The notes below the pieces were generated by a model, which saw only the letters and a list, made by a program, of their open reading frames with translations, was not told where the DNA came from and ran no database searches. Positions 41,958 through 51,107 of a DNA stretch of 64,000 nt are shown here, piece after piece; within the stretch, counting starts at the first letter, position 1, and each line of letters opens with the position of its first letter. This DNA comes from Candidatus Hodarchaeota archaeon (lineage in GTDB: Archaea; Asgardarchaeota; Lokiarchaeia; Sigyniarchaeales; SOKP01), in assembly GCA_048886685.1 (NCBI GenBank), contig JBHLKM010000008.1, positions 96,001 through 160,000 on the forward strand, written 5' to 3'. A program made the translations under genes and the position numbers.

Positions 41958-43772
41958 ATGTGGGTTGGATTAGAAAGCGAAGAATATGATAGAATTTACA
42001 AGGATAGAGTTTTGGTAAAAAGGATTATTCAATACTTTAGCCCCTATAAAAAATCTATGTCTTTTGTAGTTTTTCTTTTAACTCTTTCTTCATTATTTAG
42101 TTCTTTGGTCCCAATTCTAACTACTATGGTATTAAATAATTTAGAGACCCATAAAGATATTATTTATCTTGTATTCATAATATCATTGACGTTTGGTCTA
42201 AATATATTTGGATGGGTTTTTAATTATTTTAGGCGTCGTAAAATTTCTAAAATCATTGGAGATGTTGTATTAGATTTAAGAAGGGATGCCGGTGAAGCTG
42301 TTTTAAATCATGATTTATCTTTTTTTGATAGAAATCCAATTGGTAAAATTGTGAGTCGTATTAATACAGATTCCAGAGATTTAGGTCAAGTTGTTGAGCT
42401 CTCTTTAGATCTTGTATCCTCCTTTTTTATCGTAGCCATTATATTAGTAGCTATGGCATTTATGAATCTTACTTTATTTTTCATCACATTAATTACATTT
42501 CCTTTATTTTTTATTCTAGCACTTTCTTATCGTAAAGTTGCCAGGAAAAGAGCTTTATTGGGACAACGAGCTCTCGCTTCTGTTAATGCATATATTAAAG
42601 AGAGTTTCTCGGGAATTCAGATTGCTAAAACTTTCCGACAGGAACAAAAATTATATGAGACTTTTAATGATGTAAATGATACATCTTACAAGGTTAATCT
42701 CAAAAGAGGATTTACTTTTAGTATAGTATGGCCTGCTTTAAGCATGGTTCAAGGAATAGTATTATCTTTAATTGTATTTCTCGGAGGAGCCAAAGTATTA
42801 GATGGGTCTTTAAGTGTAGGTGATTTAAATTTGTTTTTGTCAGGATTAAACTTTCTCTTCTTTCCCCTGATATCTATTGCTTCCTTTTGGCCAGTATTTC
42901 AGACAGGTATGGCAGCATCAGAGCGTATTTTTGCTTTAATAGATACAATCCCGTTAGTTATTCAAAATGATTATATAAAACCACCAAAACTAAGAGGTGA
43001 AATTATATTTAAGGATATCACCTTTAGATATGAAGCATCAAAGGAAGTTTTCCAGAATTTCAATTTAAAAATTAAACCTGGAGAATCAATAGCCATTGTT
43101 GGTCATACAGGTGCAGGAAAGTCAAGTCTTGCGAAACTAATAGCCAGATTTTATGAATTTCAGGAGGGAGATATTTTGGTTGACGCACAAAGCATAAGAA
43201 ATTACGATTTAAAAGAATATAGAAGACAAATTGGAATAATACCACAAACTCCTTTTCTATGGGCTGATTCTCTTGAAAATAACATCAAGTACTGCTGTAA
43301 AAATGCTACAGATGAAGCTGTCTTTAATGCTCTTGATGATTCTAGTGGATTTGATTGGATTGAAGATCTGCCATATGGCTTAAAAACTTATACAGGTGAA
43401 CGAGGGAGTCTTCTCTCAATGGGACAGCGTCAATTAGTTGTTTTTGCCCGGGTTTTATTGGAAAATCCCTCAATTCTAATATTAGATGAAGCAACGGCAT
43501 CTGTCGATCCTTTTACTGAAACAAGAATTCAAGATGCTTTTCAAAAAACAATTGAAGGACGTACCTCGATAATTATCGCTCATAGACTCACCACAGTAAA
43601 ACATGTTGATAGGATAATCGTTATGGATCATGGAAAAATTGTCGAAGAAGGTAATCATGAGGAGCTAATGGCTAAGGGAGGAACTTATGCTGAGCTTTAC
43701 AACACTTATTTCAGGCATCAGAGTCTTGAATATATCGAAAAGATGAGAGAAATTGTGGAAAATAAGACTTAA
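41958..43772 (+). CDS. ABC exporter half-transporter (TMD+NBD), heterodimer partner
   Basis: GHTGAGKS, LSMGQRQ, ILILDEAT, IAHRL. Confidence 0.93.
   Translation: MWVGLESEEYDRIYKDRVLVKRIIQYFSPYKKSMSFVVFLLTLSSLFSSLVPILTTMVLNNLETHKDIIYLVFIISLTFGLNIFGWVFNYFRRRKISKIIGDVVLDLRRDAGEAVLNHDLSFFDRNPIGKIVSRINTDSRDLGQVVELSLDLVSSFFIVAIILVAMAFMNLTLFFITLITFPLFFILALSYRKVARKRALLGQRALASVNAYIKESFSGIQIAKTFRQEQKLYETFNDVNDTSYKVNLKRGFTFSIVWPALSMVQGIVLSLIVFLGGAKVLDGSLSVGDLNLFLSGLNFLFFPLISIASFWPVFQTGMAASERIFALIDTIPLVIQNDYIKPPKLRGEIIFKDITFRYEASKEVFQNFNLKIKPGESIAIVGHTGAGKSSLAKLIARFYEFQEGDILVDAQSIRNYDLKEYRRQIGIIPQTPFLWADSLENNIKYCCKNATDEAVFNALDDSSGFDWIEDLPYGLKTYTGERGSLLSMGQRQLVVFARVLLENPSILILDEATASVDPFTETRIQDAFQKTIEGRTSIIIAHRLTTVKHVDRIIVMDHGKIVEEGNHEELMAKGGTYAELYNTYFRHQSLEYIEKMREIVENKT
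43668..43772 (+). repeat. 105-bp direct repeat, copy 1 (last 35 codons of the ABC gene)
   Basis: 94/105 identical to 45129..45233 by manual alignment. Confidence 0.95.
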
Positions 43773-43952
43773 TACCTGTCATTTTAAATATCATATAGAA
43801 TATTATTCACTTACACTTACCTATTTTAACTCTAATAATAACTCCATATTCATTTCATTTCTTCATAAAGATACCCTTTAATAGACCTATGGGCAGTTAC
43901 ATATTCAATAAAACACATTTATATTTCTCTATTTTTATTATTAGTGTAATTC

Positions 43953-45108
43953 TTGAATTTTATTTTGACAACAATGAAAATTAGCGAGGATTGTCTTTTT
44001 TTTTTTGGTTTTTCTCCTGAAACTACGAAGTTTAGTCAAGTTTATAATGCAATCTCTGATTTTATGGAGAATAAGCATAAAATTGATCCTTCTGGGAGAT
44101 TTAATTTTATCCTATTTCTTCATGATGGACCAAATTATTTAAATCATTTTACTCTCGACTCAGAATATGTTTTAAAGACCTTAAAATTATTAAAGAATGA
44201 TATTATAAAGACTAATACTTTTAGGGGTTTTTTAATTGCTCTTTCTCTACTTATTGAAAACTTTAAAAGAACTTCAGAAAAAATATATCGATTGCTAGTT
44301 CTATTAGATGAAAATGCTTATAAAATTCCCCTCGATGAATTTCCCTTAATAGAAAAATTGGCTAAAGATGTCAGGAATCTGCCATTTTATATAGATATAA
44401 TACGTATAGGAACAAATGAAAATGAAGAGAATCAATTCTTAAAAAGAATAGCAACTTCCGTTAATGGAGAATTTAATCAAATAAAAAATGTTCAAGAACT
44501 GAAACCATTATTAAATAAACTCGCAGTAAAAACCTTTAAAATGGAATATCTATACTCAAAATATAAATTAAATATATATCAGAAAGAAACCTACGAATTT
44601 TTTATCAGCCTGGCGGATAAACCTAAGGTTTTTAATGAACTTACATCTTGCTCAATTTGTTTTCAGGATGATATTGAAGGTATTGTGCAATGTCCTTCAT
44701 GTGGAACATTGGTACATAAAATATGTTGGGCACAATGGGCTATAAACTCAGTTCAAAAGTACCACATGTTTATAGGTGCCATAACTGCTATTATTTATTG
44801 AAACTTGATCAGAATTTTGTATTTGATGTTCAAATCGGGACAATTCCTCTAATTTCAAAATTAAATAACATAAAAAAAAAAATTCCAATGATTATTTAAT
44901 AAAATTGGAATCTAAAATTGATCTTCAGATTATAAAAGCTGAGGATCCAATGGTTTCAGAAATTAGAACGATAATTGAATCAAAAAAGAGTAATTCAGAA
45001 AGTATTGAGAATGACGAAATTATAACAGTTCAAATCTGCCCTATTTGCAATGATGTCGTATATGGTAAAAGAAAAAATTGTCAAGTTTGTGGTTTTCTTT
45101 TATCATGA
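43953..45108 (+). pseudogene. vWA-like + C4HC3 (RING/PHD-like) + Zn-ribbon protein, split by two -1 frameshifts
   Basis: CSIC...CPSC...HKICW continues in the -1 frame at about 44757 as VPHVYRCHNCYYLLKL. A second -1 shift at A11 (44872-44882) joins ORF 44905..45108 (CPIC...CQVC). Confidence 0.75.
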
Positions 45109-45128
45109 GTAAAATCATATGATTTTCT

Positions 45129-45233
45129 ATGGCTAAAGGAGGGACTTATGCTGAGCTATACAACAATTATTTCAGGCACCAGAGTCTTGAATACATCGAA
45201 AAAATGAAAGAAATTGTACAAAACAAGACTTAA
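45129..45233 (+). repeat. 105-bp direct repeat, copy 2 (orphan ABC gene 3' end)
   Basis: Encodes MAKGGTYAELYNNYFRHQSLEYIEKMKEIVQNKT*; 11 mismatches to copy 1, 8 of them synonymous. Confidence 0.95.
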
Positions 45234-45295
45234 TAAGAAAAAAGAAAAATGAAAATAAATGAGTTTATCTGCTAGTCCTCATTAAAATACCCATT

Positions 45296-47104
45296 TCAAG
45301 TTCTATGTATGCTTGTTCTAAAGCTATTGGCTTCTACAAGAAGATTTTTCAGACCATAATGTAAGACAAATGAGCCAAATGCTATAAAGAAAATAAAGAG
45401 TCCTGGCCAGATCGTTGCCCAAGGAGCATCATATAAGTGTGATCTCGCTATATCAACATCTTTACCTAATCCAAAAGAATCAGAGAATCCTAAAAATCCA
45501 AATGATTCATAAATTAAAACGAATATACCAAATGCTAATGGAATATAGATAACTATATTCTTCAAAGAGGTTAAAATATTTTTTTTACTTAATGGAACAT
45601 TAGCGATTCCTCGAGTAAACAGAGGAATTAGTAAAATCCCTGAAAGAATCGTGATTACATCGATAATATGACCAACAATATTAATAAATAAAGGAATAAC
45701 CATTATTATGGGAATAATAAAAATAATAATCAATATTACCTCAATCGCTCTGTTAACGTATCTATGTAAGCTAGAAATAAATCCAAATATTATTCCCCCA
45801 GCTAAACCTATAATAATAGCTCCAAATCCGTATAACAATACACCACGAAGACCATATAACACCCTTGCAAACACATCACGTCCCAATTCTGTTTGTCCAA
45901 GAACATGGGCATCTGATGGGAGATTCCATGCATCAGCGAATACATCATTAGCTTCTTCAATAGTGAACCCTGAGATTGGCCCAGCAAAGATTGCACAAAC
46001 CACAATACCTATCGTGACTATCAAGCCAAGTAGGATTAATGGGTTTTTAATAAGGTAAAGGGGAGAATATTTTAGGAATTTTTTTAAATCCCTTCTAGAG
46101 GTAGTTCCCCGATTATCTTCACTTGGATTTGATTCTTCATTTTGTAATGTAGGGGAATTTTGTTCAGTAGCATGTTGTCTATCGAATTTTAAGAATGAAA
46201 CAATACTATAAATTATGCTTGAAATAAATGTTAATACTACCAAAAATATCAGAAATACGAATATTACTCCTCTTATTACATTTGGATCACTATTCATTAT
46301 ACCCCTGAGAAAAACCTCACTTAATAAATGTAAATTAAAAGTAATTTCTATTAAGGAGTAAAAGATCATAATGAAATTAAAAATCATCATGGTTTTCATA
46401 GTGTGTGAAAGAATAGATTTTTCGTTTAGTTTTCGCTCCATATTAGACCGAGTTTGCCAAGCCACGAATGCGATAATTGCAGGAGTTATCGTAACGGTAG
46501 GCAGGATAAGGTGTTCAATCCTATCTAGGGCTAAGTAGATTTGTCCGGATAATCTAGCATCCAATATCGGAAATCCTGTTATTTCTGCTGGATCTGGATA
46601 CCCAGGATTCTTAAATCCAATAGCAGGGAATCTACCTAAGAAGAGCATTAAACTACTGTGGGTTTCCCCCCCGATAAAACTATTATATTGGAAAATCATT
46701 CCAAGGAAAAATATTGGAAATGCAATGCCAAGAGCAATAGACAATTGAATCAATTTATTTTTACATGTCCCCCTTAATTTAAATGAGGTTCTTCCAAGAG
46801 CAATTCCGCCTATTAATCCTAATAGAATTGGAACCCAAAGAAATTCAATCGTTCGAAAAAGTCGAAAAGAGCCAACAAGCTCAGTGACGGGCATTCCTGC
46901 ATAAATACTCGACGAAACACCCCAATCATCTGAAAAAAAATCACCCAAATAATCTAAGAATGTTAAATCGGGAGTATTTGCAATCTGAATAAAAAATGCA
47001 TAGCTAATTAATAATCCAACGAATAAGAGAGTAATCGCTATTACGAAGCAGGCAATTATATTTATGAGAAATTGCATTTGTTTTCTATTAGAACTAAATA
47101 TCAT
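45296..47104 (-). CDS. Fused DppB/DppC-like peptide ABC permease, divergent
   Basis: DWGVS, ITGFPILD, HLILP (DppB-like); HVLGQTELGRDVFARVLYG, APWATIWPG (DppC-like). Confidence 0.8.
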   Translation of the reverse strand: MIFSSNRKQMQFLINIIACFVIAITLLFVGLLISYAFFIQIANTPDLTFLDYLGDFFSDDWGVSSSIYAGMPVTELVGSFRLFRTIEFLWVPILLGLIGGIALGRTSFKLRGTCKNKLIQLSIALGIAFPIFFLGMIFQYNSFIGGETHSSLMLFLGRFPAIGFKNPGYPDPAEITGFPILDARLSGQIYLALDRIEHLILPTVTITPAIIAFVAWQTRSNMERKLNEKSILSHTMKTMMIFNFIMIFYSLIEITFNLHLLSEVFLRGIMNSDPNVIRGVIFVFLIFLVVLTFISSIIYSIVSFLKFDRQHATEQNSPTLQNEESNPSEDNRGTTSRRDLKKFLKYSPLYLIKNPLILLGLIVTIGIVVCAIFAGPISGFTIEEANDVFADAWNLPSDAHVLGQTELGRDVFARVLYGLRGVLLYGFGAIIIGLAGGIIFGFISSLHRYVNRAIEVILIIIFIIPIIMVIPLFINIVGHIIDVITILSGILLIPLFTRGIANVPLSKKNILTSLKNIVIYIPLAFGIFVLIYESFGFLGFSDSFGLGKDVDIARSHLYDAPWATIWPGLFIFFIAFGSFVLHYGLKNLLVEANSFRTSIHRT

Positions 47105-47311
47105 TATTTTGGTTCAAACCTCATATAATTTTAAAAACTATTTTTTAGAGATTTCTGATGTTATTAATTTATTACAGTAGATTGAAACTATAAAAATGTT
47201 TTCACTAATCAAAATTGTTTCAAATTTATCATGAATCAACAAAATTTTAAATTTTAATTAAAATAAATTAAGATAAGTTAGACCCAAATTAAAAAAAATG
47301 AGGAATTTAAA

Positions 47312-47683
47312 TTGGTTGAATTTATTAAAGGAAAATTATTAGCGGCGCTATTATTAGCTCTTGTCGGTTCTGTATTATTAGTAATTGGTGGTATTCTTGG
47401 AATTTCTCTACCTGAAATGGAACCTATTTTGGAAGAAGAACCTATCCTCTTTATGACATTCATTTTACCCATAATTTTAGGCCTTATTGGTATTGCTGGT
47501 GCTGCTTTAACGATAATTGAAAAAAATGATTTGAACTATATTATAATAATCGTTGGATTAATTGCGGTTATAGGAATATTCATACCTCTTATAGATGAAT
47601 ACCCATTGGTGATGACCCTCCTTTATATTGATCCATTTCTGATTTTAATCGGGGGAATCCTCAGTGTAGTAATTAATGAATAA
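47312..47683 (+). CDS. Small membrane protein (about 4 TM)
   Basis: Four hydrophobic segments; SD GAGGA before TTG. Confidence 0.7.
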   Translation: MVEFIKGKLLAALLLALVGSVLLVIGGILGISLPEMEPILEEEPILFMTFILPIILGLIGIAGAALTIIEKNDLNYIIIIVGLIAVIGIFIPLIDEYPLVMTLLYIDPFLILIGGILSVVINE

Positions 47684-47816
47684 TACGCCTAGCCACATTT
47701 TTTTATCTAATTTTTTAGAAAATATAAAAGAAATTATGAAAAACAAGATATAACAAGAGAAATAAGAATAAAATTTTATTCCTTTTAATCACAATTTGAG
47801 ATTTCTAATCAAGGAT

Positions 47817-49166
47817 CTATAGCCGAATATAGCGTTCTCTTTCCCAATCACTCACAACAACTCTATAAGCATCAAATTCCTCTAATTTAGCATAGTAGTA
47901 ATTCTTAAATGCTGTTTCACCAAATATTTCTTTCATTGATTCAGATTCTTTAAACTCCAATAACGCTTCATGTAAACTACCGGGTAGAGATACAATACCT
48001 TCCTTTTCCATTTCTTTACTGGAAAGATGGTAAACATTTCTATCTGTTGGTTCAGATATTTCAATGTCATCTGATAATACACCTTCCAAACCTGTAGTTA
48101 AAAGCACGGCAAACTGAAGATATGGATTTCCAGACGGATCTGGGCATCGAATTTCACATCGAGCGGCATTAGGTCTACCGTGAAAATCAGGTACCCTAAT
48201 CAGAGGTGACCTGTTACGAAATCCCCAAGCAAGATATACAGGGGCCTCATAACCTGGGACGAGTCTTTTATATGAATTTGGCCAGCTACTTAGAACAGCA
48301 CACATGGCTCTTGAATGTTTTAATTGACCTGCTATCCATTTCTTCATTGTTAGTGATATATTATCTTGATCGTTTTCATCATAAAATGCATTATTACCAT
48401 TTTTCCATAATGACTGATGTACATGCATACCTGAACCATTAATTCCATGAAAGGGTTTTGCCATGAAAGTTCCAGTAAGATTGTGGTTTGCTGCAACCGT
48501 TTTGACTATTGTTTTAATAGTTATTGTATTGTCAGCGGTATTCACAGCCTCATCATAACGAAAATCAATCTCATGTTGACCATAAGCAACTTCATGATGA
48601 ATACACTCAACATTAATTCCCATTGCATCACTATATTCTGCAATTGTATATCTTATCATCTCATTTTTATCATATGGATCATAATCGAAATATCCTCTCA
48701 TATCTGATGGTTTAAATTCTGCTTTAGTATCTGGAGTTAGTATAAAAAATTCCATTTCAGGTGCACAAAAATATTTATAACCATGTTCTTTTGCCTTATT
48801 TGTAGCACGCTGTAAAATATAACGAGGATCCCCCTCATATCGTTCACCATCAGGTTTATAAATATCACAAATAACTCGAGCAACCTTGTTTTCTTTTCGC
48901 CATGGTAAGAGGTAAAAAGTGCTCGGATCAGGAAGTGCAACTTTATCAGATTCCTCAATAGCTCCATATCCTGTTATCGAACTTCCATCAAAATTTTCTC
49001 CTACTTCAAAAATATCTTCAATTCTCTTAGAATTAATCTCAAATGATTTAATAATTCCATGAATATCTGTAAATTGAAGATAGATAAATTTAATCCCTTC
49101 CTCCTTAATCCTCTCTATCACAGCATCACACATTTCTTTCCTTTTTGGATTATCTTTTTCAATCAT
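47817..49166 (-). CDS. glnA: Glutamine synthetase type I (GSI-alpha-like)
   Basis: FDGSSI, PEMEFF, HHEVAYGQHEI, FMAKP, NGSGMHVHQSL, NSYKRLVPGYEAP, EIRCPD. Confidence 0.97.
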   Translation of the reverse strand: MIEKDNPKRKEMCDAVIERIKEEGIKFIYLQFTDIHGIIKSFEINSKRIEDIFEVGENFDGSSITGYGAIEESDKVALPDPSTFYLLPWRKENKVARVICDIYKPDGERYEGDPRYILQRATNKAKEHGYKYFCAPEMEFFILTPDTKAEFKPSDMRGYFDYDPYDKNEMIRYTIAEYSDAMGINVECIHHEVAYGQHEIDFRYDEAVNTADNTITIKTIVKTVAANHNLTGTFMAKPFHGINGSGMHVHQSLWKNGNNAFYDENDQDNISLTMKKWIAGQLKHSRAMCAVLSSWPNSYKRLVPGYEAPVYLAWGFRNRSPLIRVPDFHGRPNAARCEIRCPDPSGNPYLQFAVLLTTGLEGVLSDDIEISEPTDRNVYHLSSKEMEKEGIVSLPGSLHEALLEFKESESMKEIFGETAFKNYYYAKLEEFDAYRVVVSDWERERYIRL

Positions 49167-49192
49167 TTTTTATAACTCTTTTAGTTGTTATT

Positions 49193-49564
49193 TTATTCAT
49201 AAATTAGAGATGAATCTTTTTTACTCCTCATAAACGTGGAAAAATCTTTTATGGTTAATGCTTTTCGAATGTTTTCTGAATTCAAATTTAACTTATTATT
49301 AGGTTCACAATTCCAGTCGTAGGATGCTCTTTCGTGAATTGCAAAATTATTGGGTTCTGGAGTTAAATCTTTAATTAGTTCACAAGTTTTACTTGTTTTA
49401 AACGCAATTGTATCAATACCTAAAAAAATTGAACAATTCCATTTATTATTGTCTCGACCTCCAAAATCTGTTAATCCACTAGATATAGAATAATCTTCAC
49501 ACTCCTGACAGATTTTACTATCATAACGGTACTTTTTTCCACAAACAGGACATTTTATTTCCAT
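49193..49564 (-). CDS. Uncharacterised Zn-ribbon protein, first gene of the glnA unit
   Basis: CPVCGKKYRYDSKICQEC, KWNC, YDWNC; ends LIYE; 26 nt upstream of glnA. Confidence 0.75.
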   Translation of the reverse strand: MEIKCPVCGKKYRYDSKICQECEDYSISSGLTDFGGRDNNKWNCSIFLGIDTIAFKTSKTCELIKDLTPEPNNFAIHERASYDWNCEPNNKLNLNSENIRKALTIKDFSTFMRSKKDSSLIYE

Positions 49565-49661
49565 TTTTTCATATTCTCTCTCATTTAATTTTTGATTTAA
49601 TTAATTTTTCAAAAAGAAATATACGTATATTGCCAAATTAAATCAATTTTTATTTTTATAT

Positions 49662-49675
49662 GGGATTTAAACCCC
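49662..49675. promoter_or_regulatory. Candidate operator GGGA-N6-TCCC (variant GGGATTTAAACCCC)
   Basis: Lies between minus-strand TATA TTTATATA (49709-49716) and the Zn-ribbon/glnA unit. Confidence 0.6.
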
Positions 49676-49913
49676 ATTTTTTATCCTTTAACAATAAATG
49701 TGATCGTATATATAAAAATCTTTTGATCAATTATCTCAAATATTCATTTCTTGATAAAAATGTTAACAATATATTTAATAATCATTGAATAAAGTGACCG
49801 ATTGATTATTTAGAAATTTTTTGTCGTTATAGAGAATGATCATTTGAATATTTTTTATTGCTTTATTTAATCAAATGCATACTTTTATAATTATTTCATA
49901 ACTATCTATTAAT

Positions 49914-50417
49914 ATGGTTGTTAATTCTAAGATAGTTAACTTATCTGATTTGGATAAGAAGATCCTAACTAAACTAGACGAAGATGGAAGATTATCATTT
50001 CGTCATCTTGCTAAAGACTTAGAAGTAGGTTCACCTGTAACCATTAAAAATCATGTTGAGAATTTAGAAGAAAAGGGTGTTATTAAAAATTATGGAGTAC
50101 AGATTGATTATGAAAAACTAGGGTATGATATTATCGCTCTTATTGAATTAACGGTTTCAAAAGGTAAAATGCTTGAAGTTGAAAATAAATTAGCCCAGAA
50201 CCCAAACATTTTTGCTGTGTATGATATTACAGGAACATATGATGCTCTTATTCTTGCGAGATTTAAAACTAGGGCGGAGCTAAGCGAAATGATAAAAGAA
50301 GAAATACATACTTCTCCCTATGTTGAACGAACTAATACTCATATAGTTTTAAATATTATTAAAGAGGAATTTTCTTTTAAAAATTTGATAGAAAAAGAAG
50401 GAATAGAACTTCAATAG
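49914..50417 (+). CDS. Lrp/AsnC family transcriptional regulator
   Basis: LSDLDKKIL..LDEDGRLSFRHLAKDL HTH, LEEKGVI, VYDITGTYD. Confidence 0.95.
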   Translation: MVVNSKIVNLSDLDKKILTKLDEDGRLSFRHLAKDLEVGSPVTIKNHVENLEEKGVIKNYGVQIDYEKLGYDIIALIELTVSKGKMLEVENKLAQNPNIFAVYDITGTYDALILARFKTRAELSEMIKEEIHTSPYVERTNTHIVLNIIKEEFSFKNLIEKEGIELQ

Positions 50418-50439
50418 CAATCTAAAGCGAGGATACTGA

Positions 50440-50592
50440 AAACGTTCAACAAAAATCATTAATTATTAATACTAGGATTGAATCCAAAGATAAATGTTCA
50501 CTGAAATAAATCTTTATGTTTAAAATGTTCACAAAATCGAATATTCTGTAGACTATTTACTATTTTTAATATGAAAAAATATAAAATGTTCA
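50440..50592 (+). repeat. Four direct repeats AAAYGTTCA
   Basis: At 50440 (AAACGTTCA), 50492, 50523 and 50584 (AAATGTTCA); spacings 52, 31, 61 nt. Confidence 0.6.
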
Positions 50593-50777
50593 ATAACCTT
50601 ACACAAAACTTAAATAGAAGAAGATTTTCACTGAATAATTTTCATAAGAAACGTATAATATTAATAGATCTTTCATTTATATTTAACTATTCTTGTCGAA
50701 AGGTTTAGAAAAATTATGAAAAGACATAATTTCTTTCAATAAATTATAAATAGAAGTTCTCCTTTAGTAATAAATAA

Positions 50778-50791
50778 GGGAACTTGTTCCC
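50778..50791. promoter_or_regulatory. Candidate operator GGGAACTTGTTCCC
   Basis: GGGAAC-TT-GTTCCC palindrome 26 nt after TATA-like TTATAAAT (50744-50751). Confidence 0.65.
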
Positions 50792-50861
50792 ACAAATAAA
50801 AAAATAAGACATAAAAGAGGTAAAAAAAAATAAAAAAATTTTTTGAAAGGAGGTTTTAAAA

Positions 50862-51077
50862 ATAACAGTTCAAGAGTATTTTCGAACATGGGAAGAAATT
50901 TGCTTGGAAAAACTAAAAGAAATAGGAAGATGCTCAGCAGCCGAATGGGCTAGGGCAATGGGATATGGAGATAATCGTAATGGTGTGACAACAGTAATAA
51001 AACGAATAAAAAAAACTATGCCTGAAAGGTTAACGGTTTATTATAACACCAGGCCACGATTATATGAAGCTGTATAA
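50862..51077 (+). CDS. Small winged-helix-like protein, ATA start, absent from the ORF track
   Basis: SD AAAGGAGGT 7 nt upstream; (M)TVQEYFRTWEEICLEKLKEIGRCSAAEWARAMGYGDNRNGVTTVIKRIKKTMPERLTVYYNTRPRLYEAV*. Confidence 0.75.
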   Translation: MTVQEYFRTWEEICLEKLKEIGRCSAAEWARAMGYGDNRNGVTTVIKRIKKTMPERLTVYYNTRPRLYEAV

Positions 51078-51107
51078 ACAGAATATTAAAGTAGAGTGTG
51101 AATTAAG

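Noticed and set aside
44799-44801. TGA as a selenocysteine codon
   Set aside because: The Zn finger is completed in the -1 frame upstream of this TGA. No in-frame TGA at a Cys position was seen in the Hdr, Frh-like or Mo-enzyme genes
43668-45233. Repeat pair as a diversity-generating retroelement TR/VR
   Set aside because: Only 6 of 11 mismatches are at adenines of copy 2, most are synonymous, and there is no reverse transcriptase in the window
50440-50640. Repeats as a degenerate CRISPR array
   Set aside because: The units are only 9 nt, spacing is irregular and there are no cas genes
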